Positions 37,577 to 47,672 of a stretch of DNA of 64,000 nucleotides are shown one piece after another; positions within the stretch are counted from its first letter, which is position 1, and each line of letters starts with the position of its first letter. The stretch spans positions 1,696,001 to 1,760,000 of the forward strand of contig JBGANV010000001.1 of the NCBI GenBank assembly GCA_044222185.1. The letters run 5' to 3'. This stretch comes from Planctomycetota bacterium. Lineage in GTDB: Bacteria > Planctomycetota > GCA-002687715 > CAIWVZ01. The notes beneath the pieces were generated by a model. It saw only the letters and a program-made list of their open reading frames with translations. It made no database searches and had not been told where the DNA came from. The translations under genes and the position numbers were made by a program.

Positions 37577-39685
37577 ATGAATTCAACCACGCTCGGACGG
37601 CGGTGTGGCCCTCGGTGCAACCCACCGATCGGCGTCGTCGCGCGCTCTCTGGCGGCAGCCCTCGTCATCGCCGGGTTCTCCATCGCGCAGTCGACCCAGC
37701 AAGCCGCGGTCCTCGTGAGCGCCACCGTCTCGACGAGTCCGCCTTCCATCAGCTTCTCCTGGCCGGCGGATTCCTCGGCGTCGAGCTACGCAGTGTACCG
37801 GCGGCTGAGTGGCGCAACGGCGTGGGGAACACCGACGACGATCCCCGGCGGCGCGTCCGCAACGTCGTGGGTCGACACCAGCGTCGTCCCCGGCACGCGG
37901 TACGAGTACTGGTTCAACAAGTCGGGCTCGGTCGCGGGACGAAGCCTCGTCGCGTCTGGCATCGAAGTGCCTGCGGTGGACGCGCGTGGCAAGCTCGTCC
38001 TCATGGTGGACGCGACGAAGGTCTCGGCCCTGGGCCCACGGCTCGATCGACTGATGAACGACCTCGTCGGCGACGGGTGGACGGTGCTGCGGCACGACGT
38101 CCTTCCCACGCAATCCGTACCCAGCATCAAGGCTCTCATCGTCGCGGACTACAACGCGGATCCGGCGAACGTCCGCGCGGTGTTCTTGCTGGGCCGGATC
38201 CCGGTCCCCTATTCCGGCATCATCGCGCCCGACGGTCATCCAGATCACCAAGGTGCCTGGCCGGCCGACGTGTACTACGGCGAGATCAACGGAACCTGGA
38301 CCGACGTCTCGGTAAATACCACGACGGCATCCCGCCAGGAGAACAAGAACGTCCCCGGCGACGGCAAGTTCGACCAGAGCCAGATCCCGAACGACGTGGA
38401 CCTCATGGTCGGGCGCGTCGACCTCTCCAACATGCCGGCGTTCGGCACGACCGAGGACGTGCTGCTCCAGAACTACCTGGACAAGGACCACGACTATCGC
38501 CACGGGGTCTTCACCGCCGATCGACGCGCCGTCATCGACGACAACTTCGGATACTTCGCCGGCGAGGCCTTCGCGGCGACCGGGTGGCGCAACTTCTCCG
38601 CGCTGCTCGGAGTGTCGAACGTCGTGGCGGCGGACTATTTCACGACGCTGAACACGACCTTCGGCGGCGGTCATCTGTGGTCCTACGGCTGCGGTGGCGG
38701 CTCCTACACGAGCGCGGGCGGCATCGGCTCGACGACGGATTTCACGAGCAGCACCAACCGCAACGTGTTCACGATGTTGTTCGGCAGCTACTTCGGCGAC
38801 TGGGATTCCCAGAACGACTTCCTGCGTGCGCCGCTCTGTACTGGATGGACGCTGTCGAGTTGCTGGGCAGGGCGACCCCACTGGTCGTTCCATTTGATGG
38901 GCATGGGTGACACGCTCGGGCACTGCGCGCGGTTCAGCCAGAACGACACGGTCGCGGGCGGTTTCGGCACGCGGTCGATCCACGTGGCGTTGATGGGTGA
39001 TCCCACCCTGCGCGAGCATGTCCTCTCGCCGCCGGCGAACGTCGCGGCGCTCGCGGGAGGCGGGCAGGTCGCCGTCACGTGGGCCGCGTCGCCTGCGGTC
39101 GTTGCGGGCTACCACGTCTATCGCAGCTCATCGGCCTCGGGGCCGTTCACGCGCCTCACGACGGCGCCGGTCACGGGGCTGAGCTTCGTCGATCCGGCGC
39201 CGGTAGCGATGACCGACATCTACATGGTCCGGTCGATCGCTCTCGAGTCGGGATCGAGCGGCTCCTATTGGAACTCGAGTCAGGGTGTCACGGCGACCGC
39301 GTGTCCGGCGCCGACCGCCATCGCCCAGAGCATCGGGTCCTCGTGCGGCGTCGTGCCGCCATCGCTCCAAGGCACGCCTCCGATCATCGGCCAGGCGGTG
39401 ACCCTCTCCGTCACCAATGGAACGCCGAACGCCGCCGGCGGGATCTACGTGGGCGTACTCGGGACTCCGACGGCAGTCGGGAACGGATGCACGTTGCAGC
39501 TCGATCTCCCGACCCTCGCGCTGTTCGCGCCAATCCAGCTCACGCCCCAAGGCGCGTGGTCGCTCTCGACGTCGCTCCCGAACGACCCGACCCTCCTGTG
39601 TCGCGGCGCCGACTTCCAAGCCGTCGTTTTCGAGTCAGGCGGCGTCGCGCTGACCAACGCCCTCCACGTGGTCGTCGGCAACTGA
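37577..39685 (+). CDS. Secreted FN3 + C25/gingipain-like + FN3 protein with canonical C-terminal module
   Basis: Signal peptide FSIA-Q. FN3 motifs (W..YAVYRR..W.DT...PG.RYEY; W...GYHVYRS). VFLLGRIPV...DVYY, VGRVD, FGSYFGDWD, LMGDPTL. Tail IGSSC...GCTLQLD...LPNDPTL..FQA...LTNALHVVVGN. Start uncertain. Confidence 0.85.
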   Translation: MNSTTLGRRCGPRCNPPIGVVARSLAAALVIAGFSIAQSTQQAAVLVSATVSTSPPSISFSWPADSSASSYAVYRRLSGATAWGTPTTIPGGASATSWVDTSVVPGTRYEYWFNKSGSVAGRSLVASGIEVPAVDARGKLVLMVDATKVSALGPRLDRLMNDLVGDGWTVLRHDVLPTQSVPSIKALIVADYNADPANVRAVFLLGRIPVPYSGIIAPDGHPDHQGAWPADVYYGEINGTWTDVSVNTTTASRQENKNVPGDGKFDQSQIPNDVDLMVGRVDLSNMPAFGTTEDVLLQNYLDKDHDYRHGVFTADRRAVIDDNFGYFAGEAFAATGWRNFSALLGVSNVVAADYFTTLNTTFGGGHLWSYGCGGGSYTSAGGIGSTTDFTSSTNRNVFTMLFGSYFGDWDSQNDFLRAPLCTGWTLSSCWAGRPHWSFHLMGMGDTLGHCARFSQNDTVAGGFGTRSIHVALMGDPTLREHVLSPPANVAALAGGGQVAVTWAASPAVVAGYHVYRSSSASGPFTRLTTAPVTGLSFVDPAPVAMTDIYMVRSIALESGSSGSYWNSSQGVTATACPAPTAIAQSIGSSCGVVPPSLQGTPPIIGQAVTLSVTNGTPNAAGGIYVGVLGTPTAVGNGCTLQLDLPTLALFAPIQLTPQGAWSLSTSLPNDPTLLCRGADFQAVVFESGGVALTNALHVVVGN

Positions 39686-39750
39686 GCGCGGGTCCGACGC
39701 GAGGCGCCGGCGTGAACGTCGAGCCGGTCCCCCCGGATCGCAGCGCCGCG

Positions 39751-41664
39751 TCAACGAGGACGCTTGGGTCGCACGTCGAGGGCACGAAGGCGCGCGTCGC
39801 GCGTGACACCCAGCCGTGTCACGGCGACGCCGTCGATCGTCGCGAGGGGCTGCAGATCGCCCACGCGGCGGATGGATACCGACACCGTGCCCGGCAGGAT
39901 GCCCACCAGCGTGAACATGCCGTTGCTGTCGACGGCCGCACCGAAGGTCTGCACGGCCGGGCGTTGATCCGACGTGGAGTCCGCCCGTTCGACGGCGACG
40001 ACGAGGCGCGCCACGGGCGCGGCCTCGTCGGTGACGAGCGAACCTTCGATCGTGCCCGCCCCATGAAGAACGATCGTGCGATCCGTCGTGCCCGCTTCCA
40101 GATGGGGCGATGAGGGCACCTGGACGTAGCCCTCTGCCTGTGCCGTCAGCGAGAACGACGTGATGCGGACATCGTCGACCGACGGGGCCGCAGCGATCGT
40201 GAATCCCCCGTCTGAGGCCGTCCGCACGCGATGGCGGTGCGGCGCGGTATCACCGCCGCCGACGACGTCATGATCGCGGGAACTCTGGCCCCCACGCATG
40301 GACCGCGGCTCCAGGTCGAGTGTGACATCCGCCATGGGTCGTCCGAATTCATCGACGACTTTCCCAGACACGAGGGGAGTGGGCACCTGGAGCTCGACGT
40401 CGCCGAGGTCCCGCCTTTCGATGTTCCCAAACGGCGGAACGATCATCGCGTCTGAGCACGCGACGAGAACCGGCGACTGCATGGCCTCGACGAGAAGGGC
40501 GCAACCCTCGCCGTGGAACGCATACCTCTCGACGGGAATCGAAAAGCGCCCATCGCCATCCGTTACCACGACGAGATGCGGTTGCCGCGATGAGGCGCGC
40601 TCAGTCGGCACGAGATCGACGTGAATCTGTCGCCTCCCGAGCGGAGCGCGGTCGGGGCCGACGATGCGCCCCGAGAGGATCGGTTTGCGCCGGGCGAACC
40701 GAACGTCGACGTCGAACCCTCCTCCGGGGGCCGGTGTGAGCGATGCTGGATGGCAGACGTGTTCGAAAGCGTCGCATCGGGCGGCCACTGAGAACCCGCC
40801 GTCCGGCTCGACGGTCACGAACTGTGCAACGCCGTTCACGCCGTCGCGCATCGCCGCCCGCGACGGGACCAACGCGGCTTCCAATCCGCTTTCCTGCGGG
40901 CTGCGCTCCCTACCGAGCCATACTCTGACGTCGCCGGTGATCGGCGCCCCTTCAGGATCGCGTGCGTGCACGGTCACGCGCGCGGCGCGCGTCACGGTGA
41001 TGGTGAGCGGACGTCTCGCGGCTTCGTCCACGGTTGCTGCCACGCTCTCCGCTCTTGCCGCGGTGCCGATCACCGTTGCGCGCACGGTGACGGTGCCCTC
41101 GAGCGTTCCCCGCAGACGCATCGTATGCCCGCCGAACGCCACACCATCCGGCGCGCGCGTCGCCGACATGAAGAAGGTCTGCGACGACCGCCCCTCGGTC
41201 CTTGCCGACAGGGAGAACCAGACATCCACCCCGGGAACCGGCTCGCCCCGCGCGTCGATGACGCGGGCCTGGATCACGGCGCCGGAAACGATCGCCAGTC
41301 GCACTTCTCCGTGAGGCGCCTCGGTGAAATGTCTCGACCCGAAAGCCTCACCGCGCATCGCGGCGATCGTCAGACTCGCGGAGGTCCTGACCTGGGCTCG
41401 ACCCGAGGCGTCCGTTCGCGTCCGATTCGCCGGACGAGTCGTATCGAAGAGCGCGTACGCGACGGTCGCGTGGTACTGAAGGCTCCCCTCGGGCGGATCC
41501 TGATCTCCCCACACGACGTCCGCATCGGCGACGGGTTGGCCCGTTTCATGGTCGACGACGAAGACCGTCAAGACGTCCGGGTCAGTCGACGTCGGAGCCG
41601 TGACCGACGCGATGACGACCCCCAAGGCCACGGCCGCCGAGACGAACAGGTCCAGACAACGCAT
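39751..41664 (-). CDS. Carboxypeptidase-regulatory-like (transthyretin-like) repeat protein
   Basis: N-terminal hydrophobic anchor. Repeated (G)xVxD..G.P(V/L)...V...TD..G.F motifs (VVDHETGQPV, VIDARGEPV, GRIVGPD, GKVVDEFGRPM, VDSNGMFTL). Confidence 0.8.
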   Translation of the reverse strand: MRCLDLFVSAAVALGVVIASVTAPTSTDPDVLTVFVVDHETGQPVADADVVWGDQDPPEGSLQYHATVAYALFDTTRPANRTRTDASGRAQVRTSASLTIAAMRGEAFGSRHFTEAPHGEVRLAIVSGAVIQARVIDARGEPVPGVDVWFSLSARTEGRSSQTFFMSATRAPDGVAFGGHTMRLRGTLEGTVTVRATVIGTAARAESVAATVDEAARRPLTITVTRAARVTVHARDPEGAPITGDVRVWLGRERSPQESGLEAALVPSRAAMRDGVNGVAQFVTVEPDGGFSVAARCDAFEHVCHPASLTPAPGGGFDVDVRFARRKPILSGRIVGPDRAPLGRRQIHVDLVPTERASSRQPHLVVVTDGDGRFSIPVERYAFHGEGCALLVEAMQSPVLVACSDAMIVPPFGNIERRDLGDVELQVPTPLVSGKVVDEFGRPMADVTLDLEPRSMRGGQSSRDHDVVGGGDTAPHRHRVRTASDGGFTIAAAPSVDDVRITSFSLTAQAEGYVQVPSSPHLEAGTTDRTIVLHGAGTIEGSLVTDEAAPVARLVVAVERADSTSDQRPAVQTFGAAVDSNGMFTLVGILPGTVSVSIRRVGDLQPLATIDGVAVTRLGVTRDARLRALDVRPKRPR

Positions 41665-41839
41665 CGGTCATCCCCCGTCATGGGCAGCGTCCGCCGCCGA
41701 GCCTGGACGAGAGCATGCACCCGAGGTCGCCGGAGGTCAATGATGAGCCTGCGTCGATCTCCCGGACGCGTGCCAACACCTGCACCGCACTGACGACCGA
41801 GTCGCGCGCGCACGCGAGGTTTCGCTGCTCAGCCAGGAA

Positions 41840-43474
41840 TCACAGGTAGAAGAAGATCATGCGCCCCGCCGTCAACGCGAGGTTCGTGCCGCCGGCGTTG
41901 AACGCGCCCGCGGGGTCGAGCACGGCTGCCTGCGCGTAGTAGACCGAGGCGATCGGGATCGGACCCGCGAGAGGAATCGTCGCAGTCCAGTTGCCTGACG
42001 CATCCGTCACTCCGAGGCCGAGGCCGCCTGAGGGCAGCACGAGATTCCCAGGCGCGAGACTGAGTTGGATGCCGCAGCCAGCGATAGGCGTGGCCTGAGT
42101 GGAGAGGGCAAGAACCACGGGGGTGGCCGGCGGCGCGACGACGGTGAATGCGAACGTGACGTTGCCGAGGAATGCCGACCCGACGCGAAGCTGAGGTACG
42201 ACGGTGCCCGCGCACGCGGTTCCGAACTCCGAGAAGTTCTCGTAGATCGCGAGCCCGGTCGTGTCGTCGTTGCCGATCAGGTCGTCGTCGCCGTCGAGGT
42301 CGATGTCCACGAACCGCGTCGTCGGCGCCGGCGGGTGGGCCGACAGGTTGATGTCGGTCACGTTCGACGCGTACGCGTACGGGTACGTCGCCATGCGCGC
42401 GTCGAAGCCAGGGGCGGGCGCCGTGCAACCGAAGCCCGAGCAGTACGGATTCCGCCAGCACGCGAAGTCGCGGCTCGACGACTTGTCGAGGCGCGGAGTT
42501 TCGATCCGCAATGACTGCGGCGTCCCAGCCGGGATTGGGAGAACGATCTGCCCGGTCTGAAGCAGCGCGCCGGTCGTCGTCCCGTAGTTGGCGAGGACGA
42601 AGGCAAAGTTGAGTTGACCGGCCGAGCGATAGGTCAGGAAGTCGTGCCGCCCGTCACCGTCCATGTCCGCGACGAACGTCACGCCGAAGGTCGGCACGAT
42701 CGAAGTGATCGGCTGCGACGTGGAATGGATGGCGCCGAAACCCGCCGCCGTGTTCACCGTCATCACGTCGACCGAGTGCAAGAGGTTCGCCGTCAACGGA
42801 GGCAGCCAAGCCAGATCCCACACTCCATCGCCATCGAAGTCCCCCGCCCGCACGGTCGGAGGTCGGCACGCGATGGTCGTCGCCGCTACGAACGGAAAGG
42901 CCGGCCATGCGTTGGCGCAGAGTTGACAGGTCGCGCTCGTCGGATTGGAAGCCGAGTCTTCCACGAGAAGCAGGTCGGCGTACGGGTCGGAATCGAAGGG
43001 TGCCGCGATGACGACGCGCGTGGAACCCGGCGTCTGAGCCGGCAAGGCCACGGTCGTCGGAGGCTGGAACGTCCCGTTGCCGTTGCCCAACAGCACGAAG
43101 ACGGCCGTCGCTCCCAGGAAGTCCACGCCGGTGACGACGAGGTCGAGCGTCGCGTTCGCATCGATGCGGCCGGAAGCCACCGACGACACGTAGAGCCCGC
43201 CCGGCAGACCGCCGGACGGGACGATCGTCGGAAGCGCCGAAAGCTGCGCGGCGCCAGCGCTACCTGCGTCGAGTAGGATCTGCGCTCCCCCCACCGTCGT
43301 GCCGAAGACGATGTCGACCAACCCGTTGTTGTTGAAGTCTCCCGTCGTTTCGATCGACGAGGCAATGCTGCCGGGGGCACCGTGGGCCTTGAACCGGAGG
43401 ACCTGACTCGGCGCGTCCATTCCGATGGCCGCGCAAACGAGGAGGGTCGTCAACGTCCAGTGGAATTTGGTCAT
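41840..43474 (-). CDS. Secreted FG-GAP repeat protein with canonical C-terminal module
   Basis: Signal peptide DAPS-Q. GDFNNNGLVD, LLGNGNGTFQ, GDFDGDGVWD, ADMDGDGRHD, DIDLDGDDDL. Tail FGTAC...AGCGI...TDASGNW...QAAVLDP...LTAGRMIFFYL. Confidence 0.88.
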   Translation of the reverse strand: MTKFHWTLTTLLVCAAIGMDAPSQVLRFKAHGAPGSIASSIETTGDFNNNGLVDIVFGTTVGGAQILLDAGSAGAAQLSALPTIVPSGGLPGGLYVSSVASGRIDANATLDLVVTGVDFLGATAVFVLLGNGNGTFQPPTTVALPAQTPGSTRVVIAAPFDSDPYADLLLVEDSASNPTSATCQLCANAWPAFPFVAATTIACRPPTVRAGDFDGDGVWDLAWLPPLTANLLHSVDVMTVNTAAGFGAIHSTSQPITSIVPTFGVTFVADMDGDGRHDFLTYRSAGQLNFAFVLANYGTTTGALLQTGQIVLPIPAGTPQSLRIETPRLDKSSSRDFACWRNPYCSGFGCTAPAPGFDARMATYPYAYASNVTDINLSAHPPAPTTRFVDIDLDGDDDLIGNDDTTGLAIYENFSEFGTACAGTVVPQLRVGSAFLGNVTFAFTVVAPPATPVVLALSTQATPIAGCGIQLSLAPGNLVLPSGGLGLGVTDASGNWTATIPLAGPIPIASVYYAQAAVLDPAGAFNAGGTNLALTAGRMIFFYL

Positions 43475-43519
43475 GTCTTGGCTCGCGATGTCTCCGTGCT
43501 GTCGGATGCGCAGTCGCTT

Positions 43520-45145
43520 TCAGAACAACAAGATCGTGCGTGCATTCGTCAGCGCGAACGAGGCGCCGCCGAGGTGGAATGGGCCGGTGGGATCCAGCAC
43601 CGCCGCTTGCGCGAAATACGCACCGGCCAAAGCGGGAACGCTTGGCAACGGAATGGACAGAGTGAAGAGACCACCGGGTCCTGTCGCACCGAATCCGAGC
43701 TGCCCGTGCGGCAGGATGAGGTTGGTCGACCCGAGATCGATCTGCGGCCCGCACGCGGCCGACGGCGCGAGCTGCGTTGACAGCCCGAGAACGACCGGAG
43801 CGTTCGGCGCTCCCGAGACCTGGATCACGAAACTCGCGCTCCCGAGTGCTCCAGGAGTGGACACGAGTCCCGCGGCCGTGGATCCGGAGCATCCTCCACC
43901 GAGTTCGGCGGTGTTGTCCAACCGGGTCATGAAGCCTGCCGTCGTGGTCCCAAGAAGGTCGGCATCGCCGTCCAGGTCGAGGTCGCGAAGCAGGTGTGCG
44001 ACGGAGACTCCCGGGGACGGCTGGGTGAGGACCGTACCCGTCGCCGCATAGGTTCGGCCCGCCGTGGACATCCAACTGAGGTGATAAGGCGGCGACGGCG
44101 AGCAGCCGGGTGCGCCACAAATGGGGACCACCCAATAGAGCAGGTCCAGATCGCCCGCCCGATCGAGGTCGGCGATTTCGACCGCAGGTGGTGTCGACGG
44201 GTAGCCGTTCGCGTAGTTCGCGACGGACGCAGACGACGGCGACAGGAAGGTCCCGGTGCCCGTTCCGTAGCAGATGAAGACGCTGAACTGGGCGAACGAT
44301 GAGGGCCCGACCTGGAAGGCCACGAGATCCGAGAACCCGTCGCCGTCCATGTCGGCAGTCGACAGCTGGATGTTCGTACCGCCTCCGGGCGTCGTGACCG
44401 TCTGGACGGTGCCGAAGCCGGTGCTCGTGCTCAGGTGTCTCGCGCGGGCCACGACGGTCCCGGCCGTAGTGCCGGCGGTGACCCAGGCCAGTTCGTCGAT
44501 GCCGTCGCCGTCGAAGTCGCCCGTGGTGAACGAGAACGCAGGGATTGCCAGTGGCGCACCCGCGATCCAAACCGGCCATTGATTGTGGAAGATCTGGCAC
44601 GTCGGCGCGCCGTTGGGTGGGTACGAGATGAGCAGGATGTCGGAGAGCCCGTCGGCATCCATGCGCGCCACGCGGGCGCGTCGGTATCCGCCAACGAACG
44701 CCATCGGAGGAAGCGGCACGGGAACGGCCGGCTGAAAGGTCCCATCCCCGTTGCCGAGAAGTATGAACGTGTCACCGAGCGCTGTCGCGACGGATGTGAC
44801 GATGATCACGTCCAGGTTGATGTCTCCGTCGAAGTGGCCGACGCCGATCGCGCCACTGGTGAGCCCATTGGGAAGCGTCGTCGGCCCGATCAGAGGCAGA
44901 AGCGTGGCGAGACTCGACCCTGTGGCAACGCCGGGATCGAGGAGCAGGCCGTATCCGGACGGGTCGAGAAACACCACGTCGGGAAGCCCGTTGTTGTTGA
45001 AGTCGCCCACGGCTTCTGCGGAGAACACGAAGCCCAACGCAGGTCCCTGCGCACCCTGGCGGAAGATCTGCGCGGGGAGCACGCACGTCTGAAGCATGGC
45101 CGCCGCCATCACGATGACCGATGTCACACACGTCCTGATGCACAT
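43520..45145 (-). CDS. Secreted FG-GAP repeat protein with canonical C-terminal module (tandem paralog)
   Basis: Signal peptide VLPA-Q. GDFNNNGLPD, LLGNGDGTFQ, GDFDGDGIDE, ADMDGDGFSD, DLDLDGDADL. Tail LGGGC...AACG...QAAVLDP...LTNARTILLF. Start 45145 or 45172. Confidence 0.88.
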   Translation of the reverse strand: MCIRTCVTSVIVMAAAMLQTCVLPAQIFRQGAQGPALGFVFSAEAVGDFNNNGLPDVVFLDPSGYGLLLDPGVATGSSLATLLPLIGPTTLPNGLTSGAIGVGHFDGDINLDVIIVTSVATALGDTFILLGNGDGTFQPAVPVPLPPMAFVGGYRRARVARMDADGLSDILLISYPPNGAPTCQIFHNQWPVWIAGAPLAIPAFSFTTGDFDGDGIDELAWVTAGTTAGTVVARARHLSTSTGFGTVQTVTTPGGGTNIQLSTADMDGDGFSDLVAFQVGPSSFAQFSVFICYGTGTGTFLSPSSASVANYANGYPSTPPAVEIADLDRAGDLDLLYWVVPICGAPGCSPSPPYHLSWMSTAGRTYAATGTVLTQPSPGVSVAHLLRDLDLDGDADLLGTTTAGFMTRLDNTAELGGGCSGSTAAGLVSTPGALGSASFVIQVSGAPNAPVVLGLSTQLAPSAACGPQIDLGSTNLILPHGQLGFGATGPGGLFTLSIPLPSVPALAGAYFAQAAVLDPTGPFHLGGASFALTNARTILLF

Positions 45146-45383
45146 GGCGTTGATCCTGAAGCGGAGCGCCACGAGTCCGGGTCCATGCGTACGCCAGAGT
45201 GGACCGGGAGGTGACTCGCTCGCCCGGCATCATAAAGGACCCCCGCTCCCGGAACGTCACGGCAAGACGATGAGGAACGCACCCCGAGCCGTGAAAACGC
45301 GATCTCGCGGGTTGGTTCTCGCTGCCGCAGTCGGAGTCGGCGCCCGAAGGGCGCGACCGCCATCGATTCTCGGTCGCAATCCA

Positions 45384-45586
45384 GGAACGCCGGGCTTCGC
45401 CCGGCTGGTTGGGCAGGCTCCAGCCTGCCCGCGGTCATGCATCGCACGCCCGCCGAGGCCGGCGACCCCGAACCGACCGTGAGCGTGATCGCGCGGAGTC
45501 GGAGCCGCGCATGAGCGATCGAATCCGCTCCTTGGTTCCAGGCAGGGCGGAGCCCTGCCGTCCAGCCGGGCGAAGCCCGGCGCTCC
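45384..45586. repeat. Inverted pair of ~46-bp double-hairpin (REP-like) elements
   Basis: 45384-45430 GGAACGCCGGGCTTCGCCCGGCTGGTTGGGCAGGCTCCAGCCTGCCC matches the reverse complement of 45541-45586, GGAGCGCCGGGCTTCGCCCGGCTGGACGGCAGGGCTCCGCCCTGCC. Confidence 0.8.
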
Positions 45587-45704
45587 GAAAAACGACGAAC
45601 GCGTGTCCACGGTCAGGCGCGAGATGCAAAGGGGCGAACGGCCAAGGTCATCTGGCCTGCGAATCCCCCGGCGGCCCCGCGCCGCAATACCGGAGCACAC
45701 TGCC

Positions 45705-47594
45705 ATGCGTCTCGTCGATCGTCAGCGTTCCCGTCGTGGCTCGGCACAGTCCGCACTCCTCGTCGCCATGGTTGCGCTCGCCCTCGCGACCACGGGATCC
45801 GTTCGCGCCCAATCGTGCGTGCCGACGCCGCCTGGAACGTCGTTCTGGGCGCCGCTCGACGAAAACGCCGGCGCATCACTCCACAACATCGCCAAGCCGA
45901 CCGGCGCGGGCTTCGACGTGGGCAATCCCCAGATCTACTCGGGCTACGTATCGCCCGGACAGGCGCGCCGATACAACGGCTCGTCGCAGTACAGCGAATT
46001 CCCCGACCACCCGTGGCTGAACCCCTGGGAGAACGGCGGCGCCGGGTTCTCCCTGTCATGCTGGGTCAACTGCCTGACGATCGACAACGTGAGCGGCGTC
46101 CGCGTCATCCTCGACAAGCGGACGTTCGTCGGTGGCGCGATTCGAGGCTTCACGTTGTTCCTCGATGGCGGATACCTCGGGTGCCAGATCGCCGATGGCA
46201 CGTACTCGAACTACGTCGCCTACATCCCCTCGCACCAGATCGTCCCGAGCAACCAGTGGCGCTTCATCGCCATGAGCGTGAATCGTCCGCTCGGCCAGGG
46301 CTACCTCCGCGTCGACAACGCCGTGTGGAACTTCAACCCCTCCGCGCACCAGGGCTCGCTGGTGACGAACGCGCCCCTGCGCATCGGCGCGTCGAGCGAT
46401 GCGATCCCCGGCTCACATTTCTCCGGCATCGTCGACGAGCTGATGCTCTCGCAGAAATGGCTGCCGTCCTCGACGTTCGACCCCGTCTACACGGCGACAC
46501 CGTTTGGCGTCGCGGGAATGTGCAAGACGCAGGTCGCGATCTTCAGCGCACCGAGCTTCCCGACGCTCGCGCAATCCTGCGCGTGGGTCCAAGGACGCAT
46601 CTGGAACAACAACGTCTGGCCCATGACGTACGCGTACTCGTTCCAATCGCTCGCCGCGAACTCGGTGCCTGGTTGCACGATCAACGGGCCCACGAGCATC
46701 CAGCCGGCCTCGGGGAACATCACGGTGCTCCCGTTCTCGTTCGCCGACGTCGGGGCGCTGATCAACCGGCCGCTGGGGCTCGGTTACGCGTGCGTCCGGC
46801 TGCAGGCTTCGAGCGGTGGCAACTCGGTCTCGCACACGGCGAGCTTCTGGGTGAACAACGGAACGCTCACCGCAGGCCCTCCATGCGTCTACATTCCATC
46901 GCCGATCGTCAACGCGGGGGTGAATCAGATCGGGACCGCAAGCCTCACGCTCGGCAACGACGGCCCGTCGCCGGTCGCCGCCACGTACCGGCTCGCCGTC
47001 GTCGCTCCCGACGGCACGGAGGACTTCGAGCACGTGAGCCTGAACGGCCTTCCACCTGGCACGGCGCACCTCGAATCCGTGATGCTCTCCCCGGGCACGT
47101 CGCAGGCGATCCCGGTGTCGGCCACCTTCGTCAAGACGGACCCGATGAGGGATTACGCGATCACGCTCCTGGCGGACGCGGGCGGCACGCCCGGCGGGCA
47201 ATTCCAAACGATCGCGTGGGTCGGGCTTCGCGACGCGCGTGCCGACGGCGTCTGTTCCGAGGCGTTGACGCCCGAGGCGGGATCACTGCACTTCGGCGTC
47301 TCTGGAGCCCCCGCTGGCGCGACGGTCTACACGTTCCTGACGTTCGCGCCCGGTGCGTTCCCCTTCGGTTGGTTCTTCGGCCTGGACATCGGCTTCCCGG
47401 ATCTCGTCAATCAATACAACCTCGCCGTTCTCGGCCTGCCGCCGTTCGCCGTCCAGGCTGGCGCGAACGGAACGGCGGATTGGTCGCTGGCGGGACTCCC
47501 CCCGGGAATCCCCGTGTTCGGCGTCAGCGTCACGACAGGCGCAGGTTCGGTCCCGCTTCTGCATTCGAACCCGTTCCAGTTCACGACGCAGTGA
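45705..47594 (+). CDS. Secreted LamG/ConA-like domain protein with subtype-B C-terminal module
   Basis: GGAG RBS and signal peptide SVRA-Q. W.PLDE, FSLSCWV, W.FIAMS, PLRIG...FSGIVDEL. Tail GAFPFGWFFGLDIGFPDL...HSNPFQFTTQ. Confidence 0.87.
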   Translation: MRLVDRQRSRRGSAQSALLVAMVALALATTGSVRAQSCVPTPPGTSFWAPLDENAGASLHNIAKPTGAGFDVGNPQIYSGYVSPGQARRYNGSSQYSEFPDHPWLNPWENGGAGFSLSCWVNCLTIDNVSGVRVILDKRTFVGGAIRGFTLFLDGGYLGCQIADGTYSNYVAYIPSHQIVPSNQWRFIAMSVNRPLGQGYLRVDNAVWNFNPSAHQGSLVTNAPLRIGASSDAIPGSHFSGIVDELMLSQKWLPSSTFDPVYTATPFGVAGMCKTQVAIFSAPSFPTLAQSCAWVQGRIWNNNVWPMTYAYSFQSLAANSVPGCTINGPTSIQPASGNITVLPFSFADVGALINRPLGLGYACVRLQASSGGNSVSHTASFWVNNGTLTAGPPCVYIPSPIVNAGVNQIGTASLTLGNDGPSPVAATYRLAVVAPDGTEDFEHVSLNGLPPGTAHLESVMLSPGTSQAIPVSATFVKTDPMRDYAITLLADAGGTPGGQFQTIAWVGLRDARADGVCSEALTPEAGSLHFGVSGAPAGATVYTFLTFAPGAFPFGWFFGLDIGFPDLVNQYNLAVLGLPPFAVQAGANGTADWSLAGLPPGIPVFGVSVTTGAGSVPLLHSNPFQFTTQ

Positions 47595-47672
47595 AACACA
47601 CGTGGTGCGCGCCGCGGTCCATCGATCACGCGCGCACCACCCGCGATCCGGGAGCCCCGTAAGATCATCGCC

